The position numbers and the translations under genes were made by a program. A stretch of 63,170 nucleotides of DNA, counting the filler, from Chiloscyllium plagiosum (Eukaryota): NCBI RefSeq assembly GCF_004010195.1. It is 3 parts of one record of this genome, joined end to end, with 100 filler letters (N's around TTAATTAATTAA, not from the genome) between each part and the next. Parts side by side here need not be neighbours in the genome. Positions count along the whole stretch, not along the records: positions 24,136 to 54,051 come from NC_057713.1; positions 54,152 to 63,170 come from NC_057713.1; 1 more part is not named here. One strand, written 5' to 3'. Position 1 is the first letter of the stretch, and every line of letters starts with the position of its first letter. Shown piece by piece: positions 51,510 to 63,170 of the stretch. Below the pieces are notes generated by a model, which made no database searches, had not been told where the DNA came from, and saw only the letters and a list, made by a program, of their open reading frames with translations.

Positions 51510-52844
51510 AATGCTTCTAACTTTTGAAAAATGACAAGATCATATTGCCTGCCAAGGTCTTACTCAAAAATAAGATCCATTGTTACAATTTGATCAAGCT
51601 TATTGGGGAAATAAACAATTGTCTTCTTTAAACCGCCTCTTTAACTGAGGTGTTAGCAATAAACTATCTAGTTAAAGAGCAATTAATTTAACCTAGTAAA
51701 AGATAGAACAAATCAATAAGCTAAAAGTCACCTGATCTAATATGAAGAAGCAGCAGAATGGCACACCGTCAGAACATAATTTTGATAGTTTTATAAATAA
51801 TGATTAAGTTAGCTTTCAGGAACTGAGTGCTGTCTTGGTATTGAAGCTGGAGGTACAAGGAATTGTAGGCCTTCACTTTCATGAAGAGTTACAGGTGGCA
51901 GTCGTCAGATAAGCTTCTCCTGGAGGTGAGAGGTGATCCAGTTGGAGCTACCTGTCACCACTCAGATATTTCATTGGAAAATGGAGGAGGAGGCTGAAAA
52001 GCATCAGAGAAATGGTTGAGGGTTCATCGAGGGAAACTCATAGGTAGTTAAGCAGGAGGGAAACTTCAAGTGATAGTGTTCCTATGTATCTGCTGGTCAA
52101 GGTCCAGATAGAAGTTGATGTGGCCTTGGAAAGTGTGGTCTTAGGACCTTTGGTGAATTTCTGCTGTGCATCTTATAGAGAGTACACATCACTGCTACTC
52201 AGCATTAGTGATGGAAGAAGTTGATGTTTGTGGATGTGGTGCCGGTCAAGTGGGCTGCTTTGGCCTGAATGGTGTCAAGCTTCTAGAGTGTTGTTGGAGT
52301 TGCACCCATCCAGTCTAGTGAGGAGTATTCCATCACACTCCTGATTTGAGCGTTGTAGATGGTGGACTGGGTTTGGGGAGCCAGGAAGTGAGTTACTTGC
52401 AATAATATTCTGAGATTCTGACCAACTTTTGTACCTACTGTATTATATGGCAGGTCCAGTTGAATTGCTGGCTAATGGCAACCACAAGGACATTGGTAGT
52501 GGGTAATTCAGTGATGGTAACACCATTGAATGTCAAGGAATAGTGGTTAGATAGTCTCTTATGGAGTTCGTCATTGCTTGGCATTTGTATGACACTAATG
52601 TTTCCTACATTAAAGACACCAATCTTCAACCAATTCAATGTACCAATGTGTTGCAAAGAAACAGCTAGAGGCACTGGACACTGGCTGTTCACTTATGTTT
52701 GCACGATGTTCAGCTCCACGCATGATTCCACAGATACTGAGGTAGTATATGTCAAAATGCATCAAGACAAATATCCAGGCATTGGCTGGTACGCAGCACT
52801 TGTGCGATACACGTGACAAGCAATGGGCATCTCTAACAAAGGAG

Positions 52845-54650
52845 AATAAGAACATAAGAATTAGCAGGAGTAGGCCATCTGGCCCTTCGAGCCTGCTCCG
52901 CCATTCAATAAGATCATGGCTGATCTTTCCATGGACTCAGCTCCACTTACCCCCCTCTCACCATATCCCTTAATTCCTTTGTTGTTCAAAAAATTATCTG
53001 TCTTAGCTTTGAAAATGTTTACTGAAGTAGTGTCACTGGGCAGGGAATTCCATAGATTTAGAACCCTCTAGGTGGAGAGGTTCCTTCTCAATACATTCTG
53101 AAATCTGCTCCCCCTAATTTTGAGGTTTTGTCCACTTGTCCTACTTTCACCCACCAGTGGAAACATCCTCTCTACTTCTATCTTATCTATTCCCTTCATA
53201 ATTTTGTATGTTTCTATGAGATCCCTCCCATTCTTCCAATGAATATAGCCTCAGTCTACTCAGTCTCCCCACATAAGCCAACCCCCTCAACTCCAGAATC
53301 AACCTAGTGAACTTCCTCTGCACCCCCTCGAGAGCCAGTGCATCCTTTTGCAAGTAAGGAGACCAAAACTACACGCAGTACTTCAGGTGTGGCCTCACCA
53401 TCACCCAATACAGCTGCAACATAACCTCCCTGCTTTTAAACTCAACCCTTTTAGCAATGAAGGACAAAGTTCCATTTGCCTTCCTAATTACTTCTTGTAC
53501 CTGCAGACCAACCTTCTGTGATTCATGCATAAGGACACCCAGGTCCCTCTGCATAACAGCATACTGCAATTTTTTTGCCATTCAAGTAATAATCCTGTTT
53601 ACTGTTACTCCTACCAAAATAGATGACGTAGAGTCATAGAGTCATAGAGATGGACTGTTCAGAAAAGACCCTTCGGTCCAACTCATCCAGATATCCCAAC
53701 CCAATCTAGTCCCACCTCCCAGCACCCGGCCCATATCCCTCCAAATCCTCCCTATTCATTTACCCATCCAGATGCCTTTTAAATGTTGTAACTGTACTAG
53801 CCTCCACCACTTCCTCTGGCAGCTCATTCCATACACATACCACCCTCTGCGTGAAAACGTTGCCCCTCGGGTCTCTTTTATATCTTTCCCCTCTCATCCT
53901 AAACCTATGCCCTCTAGTTCTGGACTCCCCCCCCCCCCCCCCCCCCACCCCAGGGAAAAGACTTTGTCTATTTATTCCATCCATGACCCCCCCATGATTT
54001 TATAAACCTCTATAAGGTCACCCCCTCAGCCTCCGACGCTCCAGGGGAAACNNNNNNNNNNNNNNNNNNNNNNNNNNNNNNNNNNNNNNNNNNNNTTAAT
54101 TAATTAANNNNNNNNNNNNNNNNNNNNNNNNNNNNNNNNNNNNNNNNNNNNACTTTATATGTTTCTTAACTTCCCTCGTCAGCCACGGCCGCCCATGCCT
54201 CCTCCTGGGAGGTTTCTTCCTTTTTGGAATGAACTGATCCTGCATCTTCTGCATTATACACAGAAATATCTGCCATTGTTCCTCCACTGTCATCCCTGTT
54301 AAGGTATTGCACTATTGAACTTTGGCCAGCTCCTCCCTCATAGCTCCATAGTTCCCTTTATTCAACTGAAATATTGTCACTTCCGATTGTACCCTCTCCC
54401 TTTCAAATTGCAGATTGAAGCTTATTGTATTATGGTCACTACTTCCCAATGGCTCCTTCACTTCAAGGTCCCTGATCAAATCCGTTTCGTTGCACAATAC
54501 CAGATCCAGAATTGCCTTCTCCCTGGTCGGCTCCAGCACCAGCTGCTCGGAGAATCTATCTCTGAGGAACTCCACAAAGTCTCTTTCTTGGGGTCCAGTA
54601 CCATCCTGATTCTCCCAGTCTACCTGCATGTTTAAATCCCCCATAACAAA
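52845..54650 (-). mobile_element. CR1 LINE (3' end at 52845, endonuclease part 54152-54650) spanning the gap, with nested CR1 at 53628-54051
   Basis: QRDLGVLMHES..LYWVMVRPHLKYCV before the gap; MGDLNMQVDW..PTREKAILDLVLCN..LGSSDHN after it, same strand and collinear. Confidence 0.8.
54052..54151. other. Assembly gap: 44 N + TTAATTAATTAA + 44 N
   Basis: Direct read; identical format to 24036-24135. Confidence 0.97.
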
Positions 54651-54727
54651 CTTAACATTATTATAGACAGGATTCCATTTACTGTCGTCAGTTACATAGC
54701 TTTAAACTTATAACATTCTTTTCACAG

Positions 54728-54881
54728 CTTCTGTCAAATTACCATAAATGGAGAGCAGAATGCCCTGAGATTTGTGCAGATCTGAGGCCTTTAACAGTTA
54801 TGGGCCTCCTCAAGGCTGGCTACCATGGGGTTTTAAGATCTCGCGATTCCACTGGAAGCAGGGTTTTAATATACAAAATTG
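54728..54881 (+). CDS. TTPA: Alpha-tocopherol transfer protein, coding exon 2 (154 bp)
   Basis: TTTTCACAG acceptor and G|GTGAGT donor. Encodes [51 protein letters not shown], matching human TTPA residues 69-119 as recalled; exon length and phase (0 to 1) match. Confidence 0.96.
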
Positions 54882-55552
54882 GTGAGTACTGCATCTTCCA
54901 GGTTTTACACTCAATTTCTTTGGCTGCTTCAAGCACTTATTAACAGAATAAACCATTAACCCACCGATGTGTATAATTCCCTGAATGTGAGTTATTCATT
55001 GATCTGTGTGAAGAGTTGTAGTTGTGACATACACTCTATTTGTTTGTGAGGAATGTTCAAATACATCCACTGGGTGTACAGAGACATCCCTTAACTGAGG
55101 GAAAAGCACAACTGAACAAACTGCATTTATCATTCCAGATCAAGGTAGGGTAATAATGCAACACCTTGATGACATTCAGTGTCGTCATGGTAACAGTATT
55201 GCAACACATTCTCTCAAAACATGCCATTTCTAACTGAGTAACATCACTCAAAGCTGTGTGAAAATCTTCCAATTTCACTTTCTGATGTTAGTAGAATTTG
55301 TCTTGTTATATCAATGGAAAAGTACTGCATTGATGCAACTATCACTTGGAACGTTGTTAATGAGCTCTTTAATTACATAGTAACTTAAAAAGATGGGAGG
55401 TGCAACAGTAATCAATTGTAAGAAAGGCTACAACTATGCAATAGAAACCCTTTGAAGTTTTCATCATCCTATTATGCTGCAAAATATGATCTGTGACTTT
55501 ATTAAAACGTCTTTGGGTCAAACAGAGAGGTTTAACATCATGGTTATAACTT

Positions 55553-55755
55553 CAAAAACAAAAACAAAAATTGCTGGAAAAGCTCAGCAGGTCTGGCAAC
55601 ATCCATGAAGAGAAAACTGAGTTAATGTTGAGGTCTGCTGGACCTGAAACATTAACTCTGATTTTTTTTCATAGAAGCTGCCAAACCTGCTGAATTTTTC
55701 CAGCAATATCTGTTTTTGTTTCTGATGTATGGCACCCGCAGTCCTTTTGGATTTC
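55553..55755. mobile_element. Palindromic Penelope-like insertion, family B (in TTPA intron 2)
   Basis: ATTGCTGGAAAAGCTCAGCAGGTCTGGCA arm versus CTGCCAAACCTGCTGAATTTTTCCAGCAAT arm; centre at GGTC-TGCTG-GACC-TGAAACATTAAC. Confidence 0.72.
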
Positions 55756-56214
55756 AGGGTTACAACCTGCCTGTCCATCTCTTTTGCTATTAACATAAGA
55801 CTTTGGAGCACAACAATGGCATTGTTTTTCAACATTAAATATCACCTGTAATTATTCACCTTATTCTTGCGTGCGTCATCATTAATTGTTGAGACTAGTT
55901 TGGCCAGAGAGTTAAAGGCATGTCTTATTGTTGGTACACTTTGATGATTACAGGGGAGATGGGGCATTTCCTTAATTGTGAAAGAATTGTGGTTTTGTTG
56001 GTTTTTCTATTCAGTCTTTATTGAATGTTCCCATTAGTTTGTAGTGTTCTACTTAATCTCTATAATATGCTTCTGTACATTGTACCCGAAGCAATCTCAG
56101 TGGGGATATTTGTTAAAATGTTGAAGGTGAACACCTTGTAAGGATGCTGCAAGTCACTGACCTAAGATGGATGCACATTTGGACATTACTGTCATCATTT
56201 TTGGCTCCTCATTT

Positions 56215-56302
56215 TCTGAAGAAGGGCTCATGCCCGAAACATCGATTCTCCTGTTCCTTGGATGCTGCCTGACCTGCTGCGCTTTTCCAGCAACACATTT
56301 TC
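56215..56302 (+). mobile_element. Solo 88-bp Penelope-like pLTR, family A
   Basis: 12-bp direct repeat GGCTCCTCATTT (56203-56214, 56303-56314). Begins T-CTGAAGA-A-GGGC-TCAT-GCCC-GAAAC-ATC. Confidence 0.8.
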
Positions 56303-57318
56303 GGCTCCTCATTTCCTTACCTTATGTCACCAACAAGTAAGCCACATCAGGTTTTTCCCACTTCCCTGCTACATTGCTCTGACCATGCTGTCTGAACTCC
56401 CCAGGCCACTGTCTGCACAAATCAACCTCACTCCATAACCCACATCAACACGAACTCACCTTTGTCAGCATCAAGCCTCCATGTGGGAGTAAATTCCCCT
56501 GCTGCCCCTTGTACTATCAAGTTAAACAGAGAAAGCCTAACAAGTGCATACTGCTTCAAATGACCATGAGCCTGGTGCTGTTAGATTGTGATACATCATT
56601 GACTTTATCTTGGAAGGTTGGATTTAATTCATGTGGAGCAGTTTTCAGGTGGTATTCCTGGTCTGAAACATTTTATAAACAGGAATCTGACATGATCCAG
56701 CATAATGATGTCACGCACTGCTGACATTCTCATTGCAAATCACATCCTACCCACAATTCCCACCTGATGGTCTCCACTTGAAAACACTTCTAAGTTTGTG
56801 GATACTGGTGAGGACAGGCAGTAGTTCAACTCAAATGCCTTCTGTCACAGAACAGCATGTTGAAATTCACTTCATTTTTTTGTTTATTTGTTTATGGAAC
56901 ATGGTCACTACTGGCTGGGCCCAGCATTTGTTGCCTGTCCCTAGTTGCCCCTTGAGAAGGTGGGGGTGAGCTGCCTTCTTGAACCGTTGCAGTCCATATG
57001 CTGTGGATAGACCCACAATGCCCTTAGGGAGGGAATTCCAGGATTTTTACCCAGCGACACTGAAGAAAGAGCGATATATTTCCAAGTTGAGATGGTGAGT
57101 GTTTGGAGGGGTACCTGCAGTGACTGGAGATGATGAAAGGCCTTTTGGTGAGGTCTTGTATTCTGAAGCAAACCTCCTTCAGAGCCAATGCTTTTAGAAG
57201 AGAAGCGAAAAATATCCAAAGAAAACATTTATTTTGGAATACCATCTTAAGTGAATGACATACACTACAGTTTCCAATATATCATACATGGTACATATTT
57301 TGTCTTCATTGTCCTTAG

Positions 57319-57910
57319 AGAGTCATAGAGATGTACAGCACAGAAACAGACCCTTCAGTCCAATGTGTCCATGCCGACCAGATATCCCAACTTAAAGTAG
57401 TCCAGTTTGCCAACATTTGGCCCATATCCCTCTAAACCCTTCCTATTCATGTACCTATCCAGATTTCTTTTAAATGTTGTAATTGCACCAACCTCCACCA
57501 CTTCCTCTGGCAGCTCATTACACACACATGCACCACCCTCTACGTGAAAAAGTTGCCCCTTAGGTCCCTTTTAAATCTTTCCCCTCTCACCTTAAACCCA
57601 TGTCCTCTAGTTTTGGTCTCCCTTACCCTGGGTAAAAGACCTTGGCTGTTTACACTATCCATTCCCCTCATGATTTTATCAATCTCTATAAAATGCCCCT
57701 CAGCCTCCAACACTCCATGGAAAGCAGCCTCAGCCTATTCAGCCTCTCCCTATAGCTCAAATCCTCCAACCCTGGCAACCTCCTTATCAATCTTTTCTGA
57801 ACTCTTTCAAGTTTTACAACATCCTTCCTAAAGCAGGGAGAACAGAATTTATTGCAGCATTCCAAAAGTAGCCTAACCGCCATGTCCCAGACAGCTGCAA
57901 CATGACCTGC
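57319..57910 (-). mobile_element. CR1 LINE 3' fragment
   Basis: RKDVVKLERVQKRL..LSYRERLNRL; AGAGTCATAGAG tail. Confidence 0.88.
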
Positions 57911-58707
57911 CAATAGAGAGTCTCATTTACAACTCTTCAGACACAAAACAGTCTGTGTCCACATGTTCGGACAACATTCAGACTTGGGCTGGTATGTGAC
58001 AAATAACATTTCTGCTACACAAGTGCCTAGCAATGACCATCTCCAGCAAGAGAGAATCTAACCACCAACATTGACATTCAATGGTATTACCATCACTGAA
58101 TCCCCCATTATTGATATCCTGCGGGTTACCATTGACCAGAAGTTCAACTGAACTCACCATATACAGAATGGAAATGATAAGCAGGTGAAAGGCTGTGCAC
58201 TGGCAATTTGCAGCTCATCGCCTCACTCCCCAAAGCCTGTCCACCATCTACGAGACACAAGTCAGGAGTGTGATGGAATACTCCCCACTTGCCCTGGATG
58301 GGTGCAGCCCTAAGAACACTCAAGAAGCTCAACACCATCCAGGCCAAAGCAGTCCACTTGACTGATAGCCCACCTACCTCCTCCAACATTCACTGCCCAT
58401 TACCAACATAGAGATGTGTACCATCTGCAAATCTGCAAGACACAGTGCAGTCACTCACCTAGGTTCCTCTGATGGCAGCATGATGGCTCAGTGGTTAGCA
58501 CTGTTGCTTCACAGTGTCAAGGACTTAGATTCAATTCCAGCTTCAGGTAATTGTCTGTTTGGAATTTGTACATTCTCTAACAGGGCTATAACAGGAGAAA
58601 GGCAGTGAGATTGAAATCACTATAAAGAGAGAAAGGTACATCAAAACGTTAAGTTAGTAAATCAAAAAGATGAACAAGGTGAACTGATCCTGACAAACGA
58701 CATCAGG

Positions 58708-59120
58708 ATTTTTGTCATTTACATAAATGATTTGGATGCGAGCATAAGAGATACAGTTAGTAAGTTTGCAGGTGACACCAAAATTGGAGGTGTAGTGGAC
58801 AGCAAAGAGGGTCACCTCAGATTACAACAGGATCTGGACCAGATGGGCCAATGGGCTGAGAAGTGGAGATTAAGTTTAATTCAGATAAATTCGAGGTGCT
58901 GCATTTTGGGAAAGTAAATCTTAGCAGGACTTATACACCTTAATGGTAAGGTCCTGGGGAGTGTTGCTGAACAAAGAGCCCCTGGAGTGCAGGTTCATAG
59001 CTCCTTGAAAGTGGAGTCACAGGTCGATAGGATAGTGAAGGTGGTGTTTGGTATGCTTTCCTTTATTGATCAGAGTATTGAGTACAGGAGTTGGGAGGTC
59101 ATGTTGCGGCTGTACAAGAC
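58708..59120 (+). mobile_element. CR1 RT internal fragment
   Basis: YINDLDASIRDTVSKFAGDTKIGG..LQQDLDQMGQWAEKW. Confidence 0.88.
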
Positions 59121-59301
59121 TAGTGTGTCCTACAAAAAGAGTAGAGAGATTTCTCCTTGAAAGTGGAGTCACAGGTCGATAGGATAGTGAAGAAGGTGTT
59201 TGGTATGCTTTCCTTTATTGATCAGAGTATTGAGTACAGGAGTTGGGAGGTCATGTTGCGGCTGTAAAGACAAGTGTGTCCTACAAAAAGAGTAGAGAGA
59301 T
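59001..59301. repeat. ~150-bp tandem duplication (CR1 end plus flank)
   Basis: 59001-59150 and 59153-59301 differ at only a few positions. Confidence 0.9.
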
Positions 59302-59481
59302 AAGAGAAATGTTTCATTCCTGGTGGACGTTATGGATCAGCAAAACTTGGTAGAGAAATGTGCAGACGTTTCAGATAGAGACGTAAGAACTAATGTTTGT
59401 TGAATGCAAATTTCCCAAGAGAGGTTGAAATAAGGACAGTTGCTGTTATTTTATCGTTGACGTAAGTGTTTCTTCTTCCAG

Positions 59482-59675
59482 AACACTGGGATCCCAAGCT
59501 TTTCACAGCCTATGAGGTGTTTCGCATCAGTCTCATTACATCAGAGCTAATTGTGAAGGAGGTGAAAACCCAATTGAATGGTGTGAAGGTTATCTTTGAT
59601 CTTTGTGGCTGGCGATTTGCTCATGCTCTGCAGATCAGTCCAACAGTTGCCAAGAGAATTGCTGCTGTGCTTGTA
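59482..59675 (+). CDS. TTPA: Alpha-tocopherol transfer protein, coding exon 3 (194 bp; CRAL-TRIO domain)
   Basis: TTTCTTCTTCCAG acceptor and GTA|GTAAGT donor. Encodes (E)[64 protein letters not shown], matching human TTPA 120-184; in frame with exon 2. Confidence 0.97.
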
Positions 59676-59833
59676 GTAAGTTTCTTCTTTTTAATTCAAG
59701 TTGAATTCAAACTCTGCTTTTAAAAAACACAATAATCTCAACATTCACCACAGTTAACTCAATGCTGCTGCACTAAGTGACTAAGCCAATTTAATTACTG
59801 AATCAGCAACTTCCTGAATCTCATCACAATATT

Positions 59834-59964
59834 GGAGAAAGTGTGGATTGCAGATGCTGGAGAGTCAGAGTCAAAAAGTGTGGATTCTGCCTGAAACATT
59901 GATTCTCCTGGTCCGCGCATGCTGCCTGAACTGCTGTGCTTTTCCTGCCCCACACTTTTTGACT
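59834..59964. mobile_element. Fold-back Penelope-like pLTR, family A (TTPA intron 3)
   Basis: AGTCAAAAAGTGTGG / CCACACTTTTTGACT inverted ends; GCCTGAAACATTGATTCTCC remnant. Confidence 0.65.
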
Positions 59965-60619
59965 ATCCTCATAATATGTTCTTTAATTCAACTACACCCC
60001 AGAACTCTTATTGTTGTAAACTAATGTTCTCATTACATTTGTGCCAGACAAACCTTATAACTGCATTCCCAGTGGTCTGAGCATCCTCAGTATTGTAATA
60101 TCTCCCTGGTTCTGCTTTGAGATCTACCGACCTCCATACCCAGATTAGCATTTCCTGGCGACAGGCTTTATTTCTAACCCTTAAATGTTTAGAGTGTAGT
60201 CATTGAATGTAGAAGATTTTCCAATTAACCAGTGAAAGCGTGGTGACAAACTGAATTCTTTATCTGAATTCTGTAACAATGGTCAAAAGGAGAAGAATTT
60301 CAGCAAAATAAAACCGAGAAATGAGGCAACAAAATGACCTCTGAAAATCCTAAACATTTTAGGCTGTAATAAATGCAGCCTGCTGTTGAAGCACTGACTG
60401 GAGAAGTCATTTGTAGGCATCCATAGCTCAAAGAAGGATGAAATGGAGCGGATGTGAGTGTTCAAAATCTTTGCTAAAGTAAATAAGGAAAAAAACTTTT
60501 CTTCCTGGGACAGTAAGGTCTGTAAATAAAGCAACATGTTTAAGGTAGTCAACAAACCTTGAAAGAATTTGAGTGAAAACAGTTTGAGTTATAACAGTGT
60601 GTACTGGGTCTATACTTGA

Positions 60620-61480
60620 CAGAGGTTGAAAGGGGATCGTACTGAGAGGTCCGAGTAGAGTGGGTGTGGATTAGATGTTTCTAGGAGAGACCAGGATTCA
60701 AGGACACAGCCTCAGAGTGAAGGGATAATCCTTTAGAACCGAGATGAGGAGGAATTTCTTCAGCCAGAGGGTGGGGAATTTGTGGAACTCATTGCCGCAG
60801 AGGGCTGGGGAGGCCAAGTCATTGAGTGTGTTTAACAGAGATAAATGGGTTCTAGGTTAGTAAGGAGATCAAGGGGACAAGGCAGGGAAATGGGGTTGGG
60901 AAACATATCAGCCATGACTGAATGGCAGAGCAGACTGGATGGGCTGAATGGGCTGGTTCTGCTCCTATATCTTATAGTCTTATGGTAATATCACACTATC
61001 ATAATACCCTAGAATGAAATGGTAATGGAAGCAGACTGTAAAATAACATTCAAAAGGGAGTTCAGACACCAAATTCTAATAACGTTGTGATGAAGGCTGA
61101 GGGCGGGTTGCAACAATAATGCCATGAGACCATTCGAACTAGGAACAGCATAATACTGTTCAGCCCCTCGAGCCTGCTACACCATTCAGTGGCTGGTTCA
61201 ACATTTCTCATGTTCACTTTATTGCCTTTTCTCTGTATTCTCTTGATTCCTTGACTGATCAAGATTCTATCTAACTCAGACTTATATATATATATATATA
61301 TACACAAGGACTCTGTGGTAAGGTGTTCAAAAGACTCTCAACCCTCTGAAAGAACAAATTCCTCCTCATCTCAGTCTTATATTGGTGCCTCTTTATTCTG
61401 AAATGGTGCCCTTTGGCCCGAGACTCTCCCATGAGGGGAGACATCCTTTCAGCATTCACTCTGTCAAGCTCCTTAACAAT
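60620..61480. mobile_element. Two CR1 3' ends, tail to tail (+ ~60620-60990; - ~61110-61480 containing a (TA)n run)
   Basis: EMRRNFFSQR-type motifs and CR1 3' UTRs on opposite strands. Confidence 0.75.
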
Positions 61481-61486
61481 CCTAAA

Positions 61487-62040
61487 TGAAAACCAAAACA
61501 ACTGCAGATGCTGTAAATCAGAAAGAAAAACAGAAGTTGCTGGAAAAACTCAACAGGTCTGGCAGCATCTGTAGAAAGAAATCAGAGTTATCGTTTCAGG
61601 TCTAATGATCCTTCCTCAGTACTAATGGTAGTTAGGAAGAAGTTGGTTTATATGTGGAAGATAGGGTGGGGCGAGGGGGTAAGAAATAAATGATAAGTGG
61701 GGATAGAGACCAAAGAGAGAGAAGAACAGTTAGACAGACAAAGAAATTGATACTGATCTGGCTGGGAGAGTGAATAGCTTTTAATGGAGATTGTTAGTGG
61801 ATAACAATGGCTAGTGTGTAATGGCAGATTATGTATTAACAAGACCTGATGTGTGTGGTAGGAGGATAGGACATGGGAGGGTTCAGGCCCTAAAATTATT
61901 GAACTCGATATTGAGTCTGAAGGGCTGCAGGGTCCCCAAGTGGAAAATGAGGTGCTGTTCTTCTAGCTTGCTCTGAGCTTCGCTGGAGCACTGCAGCAAG
62001 CCTGAGATGTTCCGTGAAGCAACCACCCAGTCTACACTCG
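61487..62040 (-). mobile_element. Penelope-like 3' end, family B, with GIY-YIG remnant
   Basis: CIGETECRLGGCFTEHL and KLEEQHLIFHLGTLQPFRLNIEFNNF; pLTR with CTGAGGA-AGGATC-ATTA-GACCT-GAAAC at ~61590-61620. Confidence 0.82.
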
Positions 62041-62603
62041 GTTTCCCCAATACATCCACAAGCATGCACTCCCTCCACCACTGACACTCAGTAGCAGCAA
62101 TGTGTGCTATCCACAAGATGCACTGGAGAAATTTATCAAAGGTCCTTAGACAGCACCTTCCAAACCCATAATCACTTGCATCTGGAGGGACAAGGATAGC
62201 AAATACTGCTGGGAACATCAGCACCTGCTCGTTCCCCTCCACTCACCATCCTAATTTGGAAAATATATCATCATTCCTTCAGTGTCACTGGGTCAAGGTC
62301 TTGGAGTTCCCTCCCAAAGGGCATGGTTGGTCAACCCACAGTCCATGGACTGCAGTGGTTCAAATTAGCAGCTCACCCCCACCTTCTCAGGGGCAACTAG
62401 GGACAGGCAATAAATGTTGGCCCAGTCAGCAATGCCCATGTCTCATGAGTAACTATACGAATAAATGAGCTCTCTTTTGAAACCTCCTGTGGAATCTGCC
62501 TCCAGCACTCTCACTGTAAGTACATTCCAAATCCAAATAACTCTGAGTGAAGAGGTTTCTCCTACTCTCACTCCTAGCTGTCTTGCTGACAATGTTGAAA
62601 TTC

Positions 62604-63170
62604 GGACTCCGGACCACCTTTAAACCAGCAGAGTTCGGACCCAAACAGGATAAACAGTACAGACTACAGATCCAAAAACACCAGCAACTTTTCTCCTTCA
62701 AGACCCTCCCGCTCCACGCACACAGCAATGCACCAGCACCTAACCTCTCTACAGTCTGCCCTGCCTCAGCTGAGGGCCATACTCTCTCAGAATTGCAAAG
62801 GACCCACTCTGTACTACATCCTCAGGAGAATTCATACTCTCAACAAACAGTATTTCAACATCATCTCAAACATCAAAAACTGTAAGTACAACAAACTTTT
62901 ATCTACCCACCTCCATAACCAGCGCTCCTCAAACATTCCAGAAGATTCCCCCGGCCTCTGGAACTGGTCAGACGCCATTAGCCACGTGGCTGGTGCAGCT
63001 GCCACCCCCACGCTGATTGATGATGTCACTTCCGCCCCCATCATGGCCACTCCCTCAGCCACTTCCACCCCTCACAATTCCTCATGCACCACACGTGACA
63101 TCACTTCCACCCCTCACATCATCGCTGATGTCACACGCTCAGTGACTTCCGCCCCCCCCCCACTGCAGTG
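62604..63170 (+). mobile_element. Probable 5' (N-terminal) ORF region of a Penelope-like element, running off the window
   Basis: GLRTTFKPAEFG...FSFKTL, a +1 frameshift, then an open frame 62710-63170 (RSTHTAMHQHL..YYILRRIHTLNK..KNCKYNKL followed by a Ser/Thr/Pro-rich linker). C-rich composition like 43049-44346. No RT within the window. Confidence 0.55.

Noticed and set aside
59001..59301. Direct repeats as a CRISPR-like array (also 22820-22903 and 28990-29062)
   Set aside because: Simple two-copy tandem duplications without spacers, in eukaryotic DNA.
62547..62885. ORF MKRFLLLSLLAVLLTML... looking like a signal-peptide protein
   Set aside because: It begins at a GTG inside an antisense CR1 remnant and is a chance fusion with the downstream retroelement frame.

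Overview
This is eukaryotic vertebrate DNA. The repeat repertoire (HE1/V-SINE-type SINEs, CR1 LINEs, Penelope-like elements) points to a shark or other elasmobranch. The window is mostly intronic or intergenic and dense in decayed retroelements, with two 100-bp assembly gaps carrying an artificial TTAATTAATTAA spacer. The only recognisable host gene is alpha-tocopherol transfer protein (TTPA, + strand): exon 2 (54728-54881, 154 bp) and exon 3 (59482-59675, 194 bp) are intact. I could not find exon 1, and exons 4-5 lie beyond the window. Mobile DNA includes a decayed Gmr1-like Ty3/Gypsy LTR element with integrase before RT (about 1420-6045), many CR1 fragments, tRNA-derived SINEs, two Tigger/pogo-like MITEs and about 20 Penelope-like (GIY-YIG) element pieces. 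The most striking pattern is that the Penelope terminal repeats of at least three families carry minimal hammerhead-ribozyme motifs. They occur as 90-230 bp TSD-flanked solo or fold-back (palindromic) insertions whose 5' ends or hairpin centres cluster at the ribozyme. Repeat boundaries are approximate and read by eye; family names come from recognition, not from a database search.
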